64,000 nucleotides of DNA from the human T2T-CHM13v2.0 reference genome, Homo sapiens. The translations under genes were made by a program, and so were the position numbers. Within the stretch, counting starts at the first letter, position 1. Every line of letters starts with the position of its first letter. Shown here piece by piece: positions 18,979 through 31,256 of this stretch. The stretch lies in NCBI RefSeq assembly GCF_009914755.1, contig NC_060929.1; one strand, written 5' to 3'. The notes under the pieces are model-generated. The model was given only the letters and a program-made list of their open reading frames with translations. It had not been told where the DNA came from and did no database searches.

Positions 18979-19155
18979 ATTGCAGAGGAGGGATCAACCA
19001 TTTCTTGTGTGGTTGAGAGAACCAGAGGAGCTCTGGATTATGTGCATGTTTTTTACACCATTTCACAGATTGAAACTGATGGCATTAATTACCTTGTTGA
19101 TGACTTTGCTAATGCCAGTGGAACTATTACATTCCTTCCTTGGCAGAGATCAGAG
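18979..19155 (+). CDS. ADGRV1: ADGRV1 exon ~22 (177 nt)
   Basis: tttcag|ATT; IAEEGSTISCVVERTRG...WQRSE; donor GAG|GTAAAC; phase 0-0. Confidence 0.95.
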
Positions 19156-19899
19156 GTAAACCCTACCTTTTTTGTTCCTTTGAAAGCCTCCTGGAAAGCT
19201 TTTCCTGAAGTGTTTGTTCTGTAATTTCTTTGCAGCTTTTGATTGAAGTGTCGCTTCCCATTATTATTTACAACTGTAACTGATACATTAGAATTTGCTT
19301 CAAACATGTCTGCTGTAAAACCTTTATCAGGTAGAGTTAGTTTCTTCATCACTTTATTTTGTACAGAACTTTATCATGACATTTTTGCGTTGGATTTTAA
19401 GTGATTTCCTATGGATCTGTCTCCTATGATAGATTGGGACTGGGGCCATGTCTAACCCCAGCATACTGCATATGTCAAAACATGTTTGTTTAATTAATAA
19501 GAAAGGAGAAATTGTTTTTTCACTTTAAATTTTGAATTAAATTTTGTAGAGCATGGCTCAGTTATTCCTATTCCTTTTATAACTTTTTTTGGATTAATTG
19601 CTTGTGCTGGACTCCTAAGGCCCATTATGAATCTATTTTCTAAAATACTGTTCCTGAGCACGTCAGGCTCTCCTTAGGCAGACGCTAGCCACAGATACAT
19701 TGCCCTTGCTTCTTATCCTATCACATCTCATCATAGAACATGCAGTTTCTTAATTGGGAAGTCTCTACCTGTTGTTGGTAATACCACGGTCTTTGGTACA
19801 AAAAATATATGATATTATATTGATAAATCAACGTATCATATATGATGTAATACTGATGCATGTATAGGCTACTGTCAGAAAATGCTACTGCTCAGCACC

Positions 19900-20254
19900 T
19901 GCCTTAGTCTGTTGGGACTGCTATAACAACATACCTTACACTGGGTAACTTATAAACAACAGAAAGTTATTGCTCGCAGTTTTGGAGGCTGGGACGTCTG
20001 AGAGCAGGGTGCCTGTAGATTCTGTGTCTGGTGAGGGCTTACTCTGCTTCAAAGATATGGTGCCTTCTCAATATGCCCTCCTCACGGTGGAAGGGGCAAA
20101 CAAACTCCCTCAACACTAATTCCATTCATGAGGGCTCTATCCTCAAGCCCTCATCACCTCCTGAAAACCCCATCTTTTAATACCATCACTTTGGGGATTA
20201 GATTTTAACATAGGAATTTGGGGGACAGGAGGATAAGACATTCAGACTATAGCA
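19900..20254 (-). mobile_element. MaLR solo LTR (MLT1A-like)
   Basis: tgccttagtc...ctgctataaca...acattcagactatagca; flanked by near-duplicate GCACC/GCATC. Confidence 0.8.
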
Positions 20255-20486
20255 GCATCCATTATTTTTAAGGAATTAATCTATTCAGACTTCTCTTTCT
20301 CTTTATATGTCTATATACACACATATGCACACACACATACAATGTTTTAATGTTTTAATTTATGCAGAAATAAGTCGTAAGTGGTAACTTCATTTAAATA
20401 TAATTTAGTTGCCTTTTGAATTTTCTTCTAGTAAGTAATTTCTAAATGCCTCATTGCTTAGTGCCTCTGGATATTTATATTTTTAG

Positions 20487-20667
20487 GTTCTGAATATATA
20501 TGTTCTTGATGATGATATTCCTGAACTTAATGAGTATTTCCGTGTGACATTGGTTTCTGCAATTCCTGGAGATGGGAAGCTAGGCTCAACTCCTACCAGT
20601 GGTGCAAGCATAGATCCTGAAAAGGAAACGACTGATATCACCATCAAAGCTAGTGATCATCCATATG
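20487..20667 (+). CDS. ADGRV1: ADGRV1 exon ~23 (181 nt)
   Basis: ttttag|GTT; VLNIYVLDDDIPELNEYF...ASDHPY; donor G|GTAACC. Confidence 0.95.
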
Positions 20668-21675
20668 GTAACCTGCTCCTTTTGCAAGAAAAATCCTCTC
20701 TTCTCTGGGTGTACTTAGTTTTGTTAAGAACTTCTTAAGGCACTTTTTGCAAATGACGGAAGTAGAATGCCTTCAGACCTCCTAATTTCTAAACTCTTTA
20801 ACTTGTATGCTACTGTTTTGAGAGACATTGTTTATGAGAGAAAATATAAAGATCAGTTTCCAAACTTCAATAATATGTTTTGAAAAGTTTTTGCAGGATT
20901 ATTTAAAATGGAACAAAGTATTTCTGTTCATAGCTATCAAATTTCTTTAATTTAATAATTATCCTATGGTGATTTGTTAACACCTAAGTAATTGAAATAC
21001 TTTGTAATTTATATTTTATTAAGCTTCAAGAAGTGAAGCTATCACTCTATATTAATTTCTTTTTGTCTTATGCTTAATAGTGACAATTTTCTCGATTGGG
21101 GAACTATCACAGATGTCTGTCCTAGTAAATTGAGAATGTTTTCTGTATTGGAAAATAATATTTCTTCTATGGGAATGAATCAAGAACATCTGTTAAAAGG
21201 TTTGGGTAGAAATCTTGAGAGGCTTTTCACCTTTAGTTTTCATAGTTAGGTTTTGTTTGTTTGTTGATTTGTTTATTTTTAAGTGTTGCAACTCCTTTAA
21301 GGTGCCATTTAACCTGTTCTACTATATGTTCTAGAATGATTTCTGGAGAGTCTAAAAAAATATGAGTAAAAGTTAGAAAATATGTATTTTAAAACTGTAT
21401 CAGTATTCCTGCTATTGATGCTGCTGTGGGAAGAAAAGCTTTCTTTGAGTAAAGACTTGGAAAATTAACAATTTAACTTTCATTATTCTGAAAGCTTATG
21501 AACATATTCTGTATCAAAAGCATGTTAGTTAAATCTTTGCTAAAATATTTTCTAAATAAAGTCCCTCAGAATTTTGGCCTGGTGATCAAAATAATTGTGT
21601 AAGATCGCTTTAATTGAATAAGAAATTCTTGCACAGTTCATTGGGACAATGCCCTGGCCCCTTTGTCTCCACTAG

Positions 21676-21878
21676 GCTTGCTGCAGTTCTCCACAGGGCT
21701 GCCTCCTCAGCCTAAGGACGCAATGACCCTGCCTGCAAGCAGCGTTCCACATATCACTGTGGAGGAGGAAGATGGAGAAATCAGGTTATTGGTCATCCGT
21801 GCACAGGGACTTCTGGGAAGGGTGACTGCGGAATTTAGAACAGTGTCCTTGACAGCATTCAGTCCTGAGGATTACCAG
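21676..21878 (+). CDS. ADGRV1: ADGRV1 exon ~24 (203 nt)
   Basis: cactag|GC; GLLQFSTG...SPEDYQ; donor CAG|GTAATT. Confidence 0.95.
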
Positions 21879-21959
21879 GTAATTTACTCAGTCCTTTTGA
21901 AGTTGTATTTGCACTTGTAAAACAGACATAATCCTTCTCTGGAAGGGATATACACTGTA

Positions 21960-22284
21960 CCTGGAACATAGTGACTCACGCCTGTAATCCTAGCACTTTG
22001 GGAGGCAAAGGCGAGAGGATTGCTTGAGGCCACCAGCATGGGCAACGTCGCAAGTCACTTTCTCTACAAAAAAAGAAAAAACAGATTAGCTGGGTGTGGT
22101 GGTGCAGCTACTCTGGATGCTGAGGCAGGAGGATTGCTTGAGCCTACGAGTTCAAGGCTATAGTGAGCTATGATCCCACCACTGCACTCCAGCCTTGGTG
22201 ACATTGTGAGACTCTGTCTCTAAAATAAAAAAAGAAAAAAGAAAAATAAAAAAAGAAAAGAAAAGAAAGAAAGAAAAAAGAAAT
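21960..22284 (+). mobile_element. AluJ-like (diverged)
   Basis: ctcacgcctgtaatcctagcactttgggagg...ggattgcttgagcc...A-rich tail. Confidence 0.85.
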
Positions 22285-22512
22285 AATCTACTTTATCTAA
22301 TTAATTGGAGAATATTTATTTAGAATTTACATTGAACATTATTCATACACACTGAAGTGTTTTCAATGTTGTATTTTACTTGTCTTCTTAGCATTTATAA
22401 TAATTTGGGATATAACAAACATTCTGATTTTACAAATTTGTGTACAGAATGATTGTAATCTATTCATATACAGAATGATTGTAATCTAATGGATCAGTCT
22501 TTTATATTTCAG

Positions 22513-22642
22513 AATGTTGCTGGCACATTAGAATTTCAACCAGGAGAAAGATATAAATACATTTTCATAAACATCACTGATAATTCTATTCCTGAACTGG
22601 AAAAATCTTTTAAAGTTGAGTTGTTAAACTTGGAAGGAGGAG
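22513..22642 (+). CDS. ADGRV1: ADGRV1 exon ~25 (130 nt)
   Basis: tttcag|AAT; NVAGTLEFQPGE...LLNLEGG; donor G|GTAAGG. Confidence 0.95.
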
Positions 22643-24921
22643 GTAAGGCTGGTGATTCAAAAATGTTAAATATTTGCTTGTCTACCCATGCTGATGAAAG
22701 TAGATTCCTTTAGGGAAGTAAGTTCCTTTGAATTAATCTTACTTAAATAAATGAATAAATTATTAGTTTTTGAAGAGAGCAGCCTGAAAGTTAATAATTG
22801 CTTAAGATACATGATAATATATACCATAATATATGTGGTAATATAATCTATATCAATCATTTTTGATTGATAATCCCTTTCTTGGTAAAAAGAAAATTTT
22901 CCTCTTTACATAAACTTTTAGAATTAGTTTTAGAAATTAATATTCAACTCATAGTTTCACATTGATATGCTTTCGCTATGAGGTTTGGTTAATTCTGAGT
23001 AATATCTCTGTTTATTATATGGACAGCATGTTCGTGCTATTTTTCCCCCTTATTATTACCCACTGATATTTTTCTAGAAGAGACGTGCTTTTAGAGTGAA
23101 AAGTATAAGTGTACTAAGTCACCAAATTACAGTTTTCATTCATGGTAGGTTCCCCTAAGGTCACCTCTCTCTTTTCTGTTTTTTGCTGTAGCTCTGCTAG
23201 ATCTATCTACAGATATAACGCTGTAAAATCTGGTCCTTTTGGATGATCTATAATGAGTTGATTATTAATAAAAGAAGTCAACAATACCTTAACTTCAGTT
23301 CTGCTATTCAGAAAGCTCTGATTATCAAGGGTTATTGGAGTCAAACTTATTTCATGACAGAACTCATCTGCGCTAAGTGAGGCTATTGATAATATGTATC
23401 CCAATTAGATGGAATACTTTGCAAAAGTGTTAATGTGTTTATCAGGTGCTACTGGGAGTGTTATGGAATACATACGATATGCATTGTTAATTACCTTTAT
23501 AAGTTTGAGAAATTGAGAGATGATATGGTGTTTATCAGGACAGTCCCTTTCATTACAAAACCCGGTATCATTACCTCATTATTATTATTTATTATTTTGA
23601 TGAAGAAAGCCATAGTACATAAGCCATCCAAAGGAAAAATTGGTAGGACTGAGATACGAAAATTGTCTTTATGTATAAAATAGATAATTTGGGTAAATAT
23701 GCAAAAATTTTTCTTTCCTGTGTTCCCAAATCTCAGGTAAGAGCAAGGAGACCAAGCCAGTGTTTGGGAGCAGGGAAGTGGTTAAACAGTGCTGAGCTTG
23801 GTTGAATGCATAAAACAGTAGAAATGTGCTGTCTAGTAGGTGGCATATAAAAATACCAGCTTTTCTTGTCTTCCAGAGACAAGTCCTTGTATCTCCAAAT
23901 CACTATTTGCATTACTAAAAAGGTTACTATAAAATATTTGAAAAGTTGCCCTTTGTGTCACTTAAAGCTAAAAATCCTTATGTAATAGAAAGAGAAAATG
24001 TTAGTGACCATGAGCTAATACTGATTAATAATTGTACATGAAATGTTATTGAGATGATAATAATACTTGTGATCATATGACCACTTATAGTGACACTTGT
24101 TATATTATTGAGAAACTTCTCCCCATATCTCTAGAATATGCATTGTTATATATTAATTGGACTTGAATACTCACTAGAAAACCAACCTTGCAGTTGCGTA
24201 GGAAGCAATAGTGGCCGAGAATCTGATTTATCCCTCCGTGAGTTGGGATTGGAGGAAAAGGAATTTATACAATGACCTCTACTCCTGGACTCATATGTAG
24301 GGACTGTCTAACATGTCAAGTAGCTTATAGAGCTTAATTCTTTGGAGAGTCAAGGACTTATTTCATGCTTTTTGACTATAAAACTGATGAAACTGATGAT
24401 TCTACATAAGGTAGCCACAACCTGAATAGATGTCTTACGCTAGCCAAAGTATATATGGTGTTGAACTTCTTTTTTATGACTTCTGGATAATGTGGGAGCA
24501 AAGCCATGTACCAGATATTTGCTGCAAATCCATTTTGCCTTTTGGATCTGTATGATGATTTCAGGTTCTGGGTGCCATACATTCTCATGTCTGGTATATT
24601 CCCATCCTATTGACAGGCAAAAACACAGGGCAAAAGGAGAAGAGAGGGCAGATCTTACACTAGCATGTCAATCAAGGATATTGGTAGAAGCGTATACGTA
24701 TGGATGTGGCTTTGCTATTTTTACTCTCCTTTTTTTCTATTGCTGTCATCACTGCCCTTCCTATCTTCTTTGTTTGCAAACATTTGGTAAAATAATGGTT
24801 GGGGTACAAGATGTATTAGAGGGAAAGGTATAACCACTTTCTCTTTATTATTGCCAAAGTACTTTATATTTTATATTTTGATGATATTATTTATTTTCCA
24901 TTATTTTATTTGATCTTTATA

Positions 24922-25316
24922 ACTCTTAGTCCATTTCGTGCTGCTATAACAGAATACCACATACTGGGCAATTTATAAGCAATAGAAGTTTATGTGGCTC
25001 ATGGTTCTCGAGGCTGGAAAGTCCAAGACTGGGGGACTGCATCTTTTAGGGCATTCTAGATACATAATAACGTAGTGGAAGGCTCCACATGGTCAGAGAA
25101 TGCATGTGAGAGGGCAAGAGAGGGCTGAACTTGCTTTTACAAGAAACCCATTCTTGCAATAATGAACCCACTCCCAGGATAACAACATTAATTTATTCAT
25201 GAGGGCAGAGGTGTCATGACCTGATCACCCCTTACAGGTCCCAATTCTCAACACGGTTGCATTTGCGATTAAATTTCCCACATGTGAACTTTGGGGAACA
25301 CATTCAACCCATAGCA
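24922..25316 (-). mobile_element. MaLR solo LTR (MST/MLT1A-like)
   Basis: tcttagtccattt...gctgctataacagaataccac...gggaacacattcaacccatagca. Confidence 0.8.
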
Positions 25317-25981
25317 ACAACATTTCTATAATAAAAGACAGCATCTTTCATAGGTGAGGAAACTGAGATACCAAGAAGTTTAGTGACTTGCTGAAATTTT
25401 TACAGCTGGCATCTTTCACAACCAGGAAAGCAGAATTGTTAGGTGACTTGTCTAGGACTCTTTCCACAATGCCAGTGGCCAGAGGGTGATCAAGTTTGAG
25501 AATGGTAAATAAATGTGGTGGGGATTTGAATGTGTGGATGGAAGGAAAGGTTAGATGCATTTCTCAATATTGAACTGGTTGTTGTGAATGGTAAGGTGAT
25601 TATCACAGGCATATTAGGCCTAAGTGTATGATTATATAATCAGATAAATATATTTTAAATATCTAAGATATTAGAAAATAATTTACGTTGGTGTAAAAAA
25701 ATGAAAATTTAAAAATAATACTAGATTGACAGAATTGGGAAGTAACAGTTACAGTCTACATGGAGTATTTCATGAAACTGAATGAAATTTTGATAATTTG
25801 GTAGCTTGACTGGTGCTATAATTCTACTATTTAAAATGATCCATTTCTTATGGAAGAATGCATGTTATTGGGTGAATATTACTGCATTTTCCTCTTTGCT
25901 TGATATGTTTTAAGACCTCTCAATTTTCTCATTGTGTCAATGTGTGTTGTGTGGGTTGTGTCTCTGTGTCTCCTTGTGAAG

Positions 25982-26062
25982 TAGCTGAACTCTTTAGGGT
26001 TGATGGAAGTGGTAGTGGTGATGGGGACATGGAATTCTTCCTTCCAACTATTCACAAACGTG
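25982..26062 (+). CDS. ADGRV1: ADGRV1 exon ~26 (81 nt; alternative start 25985 via NAGNAG)
   Basis: gtgAAG|TAG|CTG; VAELFRVDGSGSGDGDMEFFLPTIHKR; donor G|GTAAGC; phase 1-1. Confidence 0.85.
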
Positions 26063-26525
26063 GTAAGCAGTTTTTCCAAGGTCCTTTACTATTATAGGTT
26101 TTTATTTTAACTTCTCATTTTAGAGACAATACTAACCACTTATTGACACCTACTATGTGTAGGTCCTTTACATATTTTATCTTATTAACTGTCACAGAAA
26201 CTTTATGAAGTATGATTTCCTTCATGTTGTAGTCACCCAGCTAGTAAGGGATCAAGTCAGAATCACATCCCTTTCTGCTTCCAAAACCCAGACTCTCCTT
26301 CTTGTATGAACCTAATGTAGTTTCCTGATTCTAATTGTGATAGAAATTTCACTTGAATGTCATTTATAAAAATGGTTGTTTGGAAACATTTTACATAGCT
26401 TTGAATACATAAAAAGAGGTCAATAGAAAATTTGTATTTTCGTTTTAAATACATCACACTTATTCTCTGTACAAAAAAGAACTATGAATCCTTATATGTA
26501 AAATGTAATCAAAACAAATGGGGAG

Positions 26526-26808
26526 TAATCCCAGCACTCTGGGAGACCGAGGCGGGCTGATCACCTGAGCTCAGGAGTTCCAGACCAGCCTGACCAACAT
26601 AGTAAAACCCCGTTTCTACTAAAAATACAAAAATTAGCCAAGCGTGGTGGCATGTGCCTGTAATACCAGCTATTCAGGAGGCTGAGGCAAGAGCCCAGGA
26701 GGCTCTTGAACCCAGGAGGCGGAGGTTGAGTGAACCAAGATTGCGTCACTGCACTCCAGACTGGGTGACAGAGCAAGACTCTGTATCAAAGAAAAAAAAA
26801 AAAGAAAG
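26526..26808 (+). mobile_element. AluS-like, slightly 5'-truncated
   Basis: gtaatcccagcact...tcacctgagctcaggagttc...; flanked by a duplicated AAACAAATGGG. Confidence 0.88.
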
Positions 26809-27747
26809 AAACAAATGGGAAAAATAAATAAGGAAGAAAATAAATGGAAGGATAGTTGGCAATTATTGAAGGTGATATTGAAAAGAGGATGCCTTTTGAA
26901 GTAGATTTATATACAAACATGATTCAGCTTTTTACCTCAAATATTTTTTTCATATATGAAAAGCATACTTAGAATATTTGTTTCTTGAAGAAGAGCATTT
27001 TCTAATCCTCAAATCCTTCTTTTTTCACAATGTCAGATTTTATATTTTAGTGTCAGAACTCATGATTTCACTGCCTTCATTCCTAACTTCCATCAGTGCC
27101 TAATGCAACCTCTGTAGTTAATTACACTATTACTTTTAGAATTGTTCATTTTCTAGTCTGTAGACATTAATGCAACATAAAATTTGAACATACTTTTTAG
27201 GAAAAACTTAAATGCTGCTTTAGATCATGGCATCTTTTTAGCTACAGAATGGGACTATTTAAGATCAGGAGAGATAGATTTATAGTATCATCACATGATG
27301 AAAAAATAGGCCTAGGATTCATGCACGTTGGAAACCAAGAATCTGTTCCGCCAGAATGGGAAACTACTTATTATTTCATGAAGGTAAGAGTCATTTTGGC
27401 TCAAGTTCTTTTGAGGTCAGAAAGGTCGTGGGAGACCTTCCTCATATACTCTGTGTGGAAGAATGTTCTCTTTCATAGAGAAGAAAAAGAAAAACAAGTT
27501 TTCCTTATTCATCTCCAAGTGCTTATGCAGCACTTGTACATCACGTTGGTGCCAAAGTAGAGAAAGGTCATAAAAGCATGAATATGTGTGGCACCCATTT
27601 GTGTCTGCCTTTCTTTCTAAAACAAATTAGAATGTACTCAATGAATGGAAGGACTCTTTTCAAAAAGTTGTTCCTTGGCTTTTTCTTTGATTTGTAAATT
27701 ACTGATCATCATTTTTTTTTTCTATTTGTTGGAACTTGTTCATGCAG

Positions 27748-27887
27748 CCAGTCTAGGAGTGGCTTCCCAAATTCTAGTGACAATTGCAGCCTCTGACCAC
27801 GCTCATGGCGTATTTGAATTTAGCCCTGAGTCACTCTTTGTCAGTGGAACTGAACCAGAAGATGGGTATAGCACTGTTACATTAAAT
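27748..27887 (+). CDS. ADGRV1: ADGRV1 exon ~27 (140 nt)
   Basis: atgcag|CC; ASLGVASQILVTIAASDHAHG...TVTLN; donor AAT|GTGAGT. Confidence 0.95.
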
Positions 27888-28218
27888 GTGAGTACCTTTT
27901 CTTCCTTCATTCCTAGACACTTTCTGTTGTTTTAAAAACTGTACTGTGCTATGAAAGTGTGTTTTATGCTTTCCTTTTTTTGTGTAGGCTGAGGGGAATG
28001 AGCCTATTGGCACAGGCAATACAAATTGGTGATCAAACAGTCGTTTGGCATTTATTTTTGTCTTTAGTATTGCACATGGAGTCATTGTTTAATTCTGAAG
28101 ATCCTTGACCCTTTAAGGAACATAATGGAGCTGTACTACAAGTATTTATCTTACATAGATTTTTGTGTTTGTTCAGATAGGCTGTGGTAACAAACATCTC
28201 TAAAATATCAATGGCTAG

Positions 28219-28614
<396 letters not shown>

Positions 28615-29642
28615 TAGCAAGGGGCTCTGATTATTAGTCACTTTAGGCACCAAGGCTATATCTCAGCAGGTGCTTTTATCTTCTTGGCGGAGGGAAATGT
28701 GGATGTGAAGAACAGCATACCAGCTCTTATAGCTTCTTTCTGGAAGTGATTTACATCATTTCTACTTAACTTCCTTGATCAAAGCAGGTCTCCTGGCTGT
28801 GCCTAATGTCAGTGGGTGAAGTGCAATCCTATCCTGTCTCTCTCCCATAAGGAAAGAAAATCTAAAACATGGGTGAACTGGCAATAACAATAACTCTATA
28901 TGATGTGTGTGTTTGTGTACCTACTCTGCTTTGTTCCAGTAGAAATTAGGAAGGATTCATTGTTCAGTGACTCACAGGAGCTAGCTGCTTGCTCAGCTTC
29001 CATACGAATAATGAAGAAATATCACTCAAACATATCCTTCTGTACTATTATGGCAGATTTTCAATAAACTGTTGTGCGATAAATTCAACACCTTAGAAAG
29101 GATAACTAATGACTCAGGAAAGATAAAAAAAGCGTTAAGGGAAAGGATCAACTTTTATAAAATTACTGTCTCTAAATTTTATTTTGATGTAACCATCATA
29201 TTTCAAGAATAAATAAAAATTACTCTTAGTTGGGATTTACTTGGAGAAATTTTTAAACTTTTCATTCTTAACATATTATTGACAAAAGCATATCTTCCTT
29301 CTTAAATGTATTTTCTTATACTTTGGGTCAAATATGTTTTTTGATGAGTTTGTTTACATAAAATATTGAAGATAAAAGTAAATGTGATTTGTTTTAAAAT
29401 GAGTTTTACAGATCACTTTTCAGAAAAACACCATTTATACATTCCTTGCAATGAAATATATACCATTTTTGCAGTGAGTGTGAAAATTTTATGAGTGTGC
29501 CTGAATGTAATATGTTGTTAATCACATTTAATTTATTGGGCATAAAAGATACACAAAAAATAGTTATAATTTAAATAGAAGCTACGTTTTTTTCATCAAT
29601 TTATAGTTTCATGCAACAATCGCCTTTGAAATTTCAATTGTG

Positions 29643-29807
29643 TTTTATTTATTTTTTTTAAGAGATAGAGTCTTGGTGTGTTGCCCAGGCTGGAGTGCAG
29701 TGACACCATCATAGCTGACTGCAGCCTCGAAGTCCTGGGCTCCAGGGACCCTTCTGTCTCAGTCTCCTGAATAACTGGGACTACAGGCATGTGCCACTGC
29801 ACTCGGC
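29643..29807 (-). mobile_element. Alu right monomer (FRAM/AluJ-like)
   Basis: gttgcccaggctggagtgcagtg...gggactacaggcatgtgccac. Confidence 0.8.
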
Positions 29808-30018
29808 ATAGTCACTTTTTAAATATCCTCTATTTGTAAGACTCTCTGTGGGCCTTCAAAGATGGATAGTATATGACCCCTGCCTGCAGCAGTCTTGTAG
29901 TCTGGAGAAGAACTTATATAAAATAAAATTGTGCTGCTATCATTAATGTATTTATAAGCCTCTAAGTAACTGGCTTTAATCTCTCTTTTAATAGATTTTA
30001 ATATTAAGTATTTTGTAG

Positions 30019-30628
30019 GTTATAAGACATCATGGAACTCTGTCTCCAGTGACTTTGCATTGGAACATAGACTCTGATCCTGATGGTGATCTCGCCTTCA
30101 CCTCTGGCAACATCACATTTGAGATTGGGCAGACGAGCGCCAATATCACTGTGGAGATATTGCCTGACGAAGACCCAGAACTGGATAAGGCATTCTCTGT
30201 GTCAGTCCTCAGTGTTTCCAGTGGTTCTTTGGGAGCTCATATTAATGCCACGTTAACAGTTTTGGCTAGTGATGATCCATATGGGATATTCATTTTTTCT
30301 GAGAAAAACAGACCTGTTAAAGTTGAGGAAGCAACCCAGAACATCACACTATCAATAATAAGGTTGAAAGGCCTCATGGGAAAAGTCCTTGTCTCATATG
30401 CAACACTAGATGATATGGAAAAACCACCTTATTTTCCACCTAATTTAGCGAGAGCAACTCAAGGAAGAGACTATATACCAGCTTCTGGATTTGCTCTTTT
30501 TGGAGCTAATCAGAGTGAGGCAACAATAGCTATTTCAATTTTGGATGATGATGAGCCAGAAAGGTCCGAATCTGTCTTTATCGAACTACTCAACTCTACT
30601 TTAGTAGCGAAAGTACAGAGTCGTTCAA
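30019..30628 (+). CDS. ADGRV1: ADGRV1 exon ~28 (610 nt)
   Basis: ttgtag|GTT; VIRHHGTLSPVTLHW...ILDDDEPERSESVF...QSRS; donor A|GTAAGT. Confidence 0.96.
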
Positions 30629-30919
30629 GTAAGTATCCCTTAGTGTGTTATTATTATTATTAGCTCTCAGAATCCTGAAACAATCAGTTTTAAATTTTAT
30701 TTAATAGAAAATTCTATAAAAAGTAGTAAACTCTAACTTTGAAAATGTCCTCTTACAACAGTTTACCTGTAAGGTAACTGGAAGCCAGACACATTTTTTT
30801 CTTAGAAATTATGTTTTAAAAGTCAGTAGAAAGTAAGATGGGAACTTTAAAATTATCTAGCACACTCTATTATAACAAGGTTGGTGTAGTCTTGAGGCTG
30901 CCTCTGATTTCTGGATGAG

Positions 30920-31256
30920 TGGATTCATCCACTGGGGTTGCTGTAACAAACTGCCATAAACTGGGTGGCTTAGAAACAACAGACATTTTTCCTCATAGTT
31001 CTGGAGGCTGGGAAGTGCCACGATTAAGGTGCCAGCAGATTCAGTGCCTGGTGAGGGTCTGCTTCCTGGGCCTTGTGGAGGGTTGAGGGGTCTCTGTCTC
31101 TCTCAGGCCTCTTTTACATGGGGACTAACCCCATTTACAAGCGTCTCACCTCCTTAACCTAAGGGCTCCACCTCTTAATACTATCACCACTGGGATTAGG
31201 ATTTAAATGTATGAATTTTGAGGCAGGAGGACACAAACCTTCAGACCATAGTAACA
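30920..31256 (-). mobile_element. MaLR solo LTR (MLT1A/B-like)
   Basis: gctgtaacaaactgccataaactgggtggcttag...ggacacaaaccttcagaccatagta. Confidence 0.75.
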
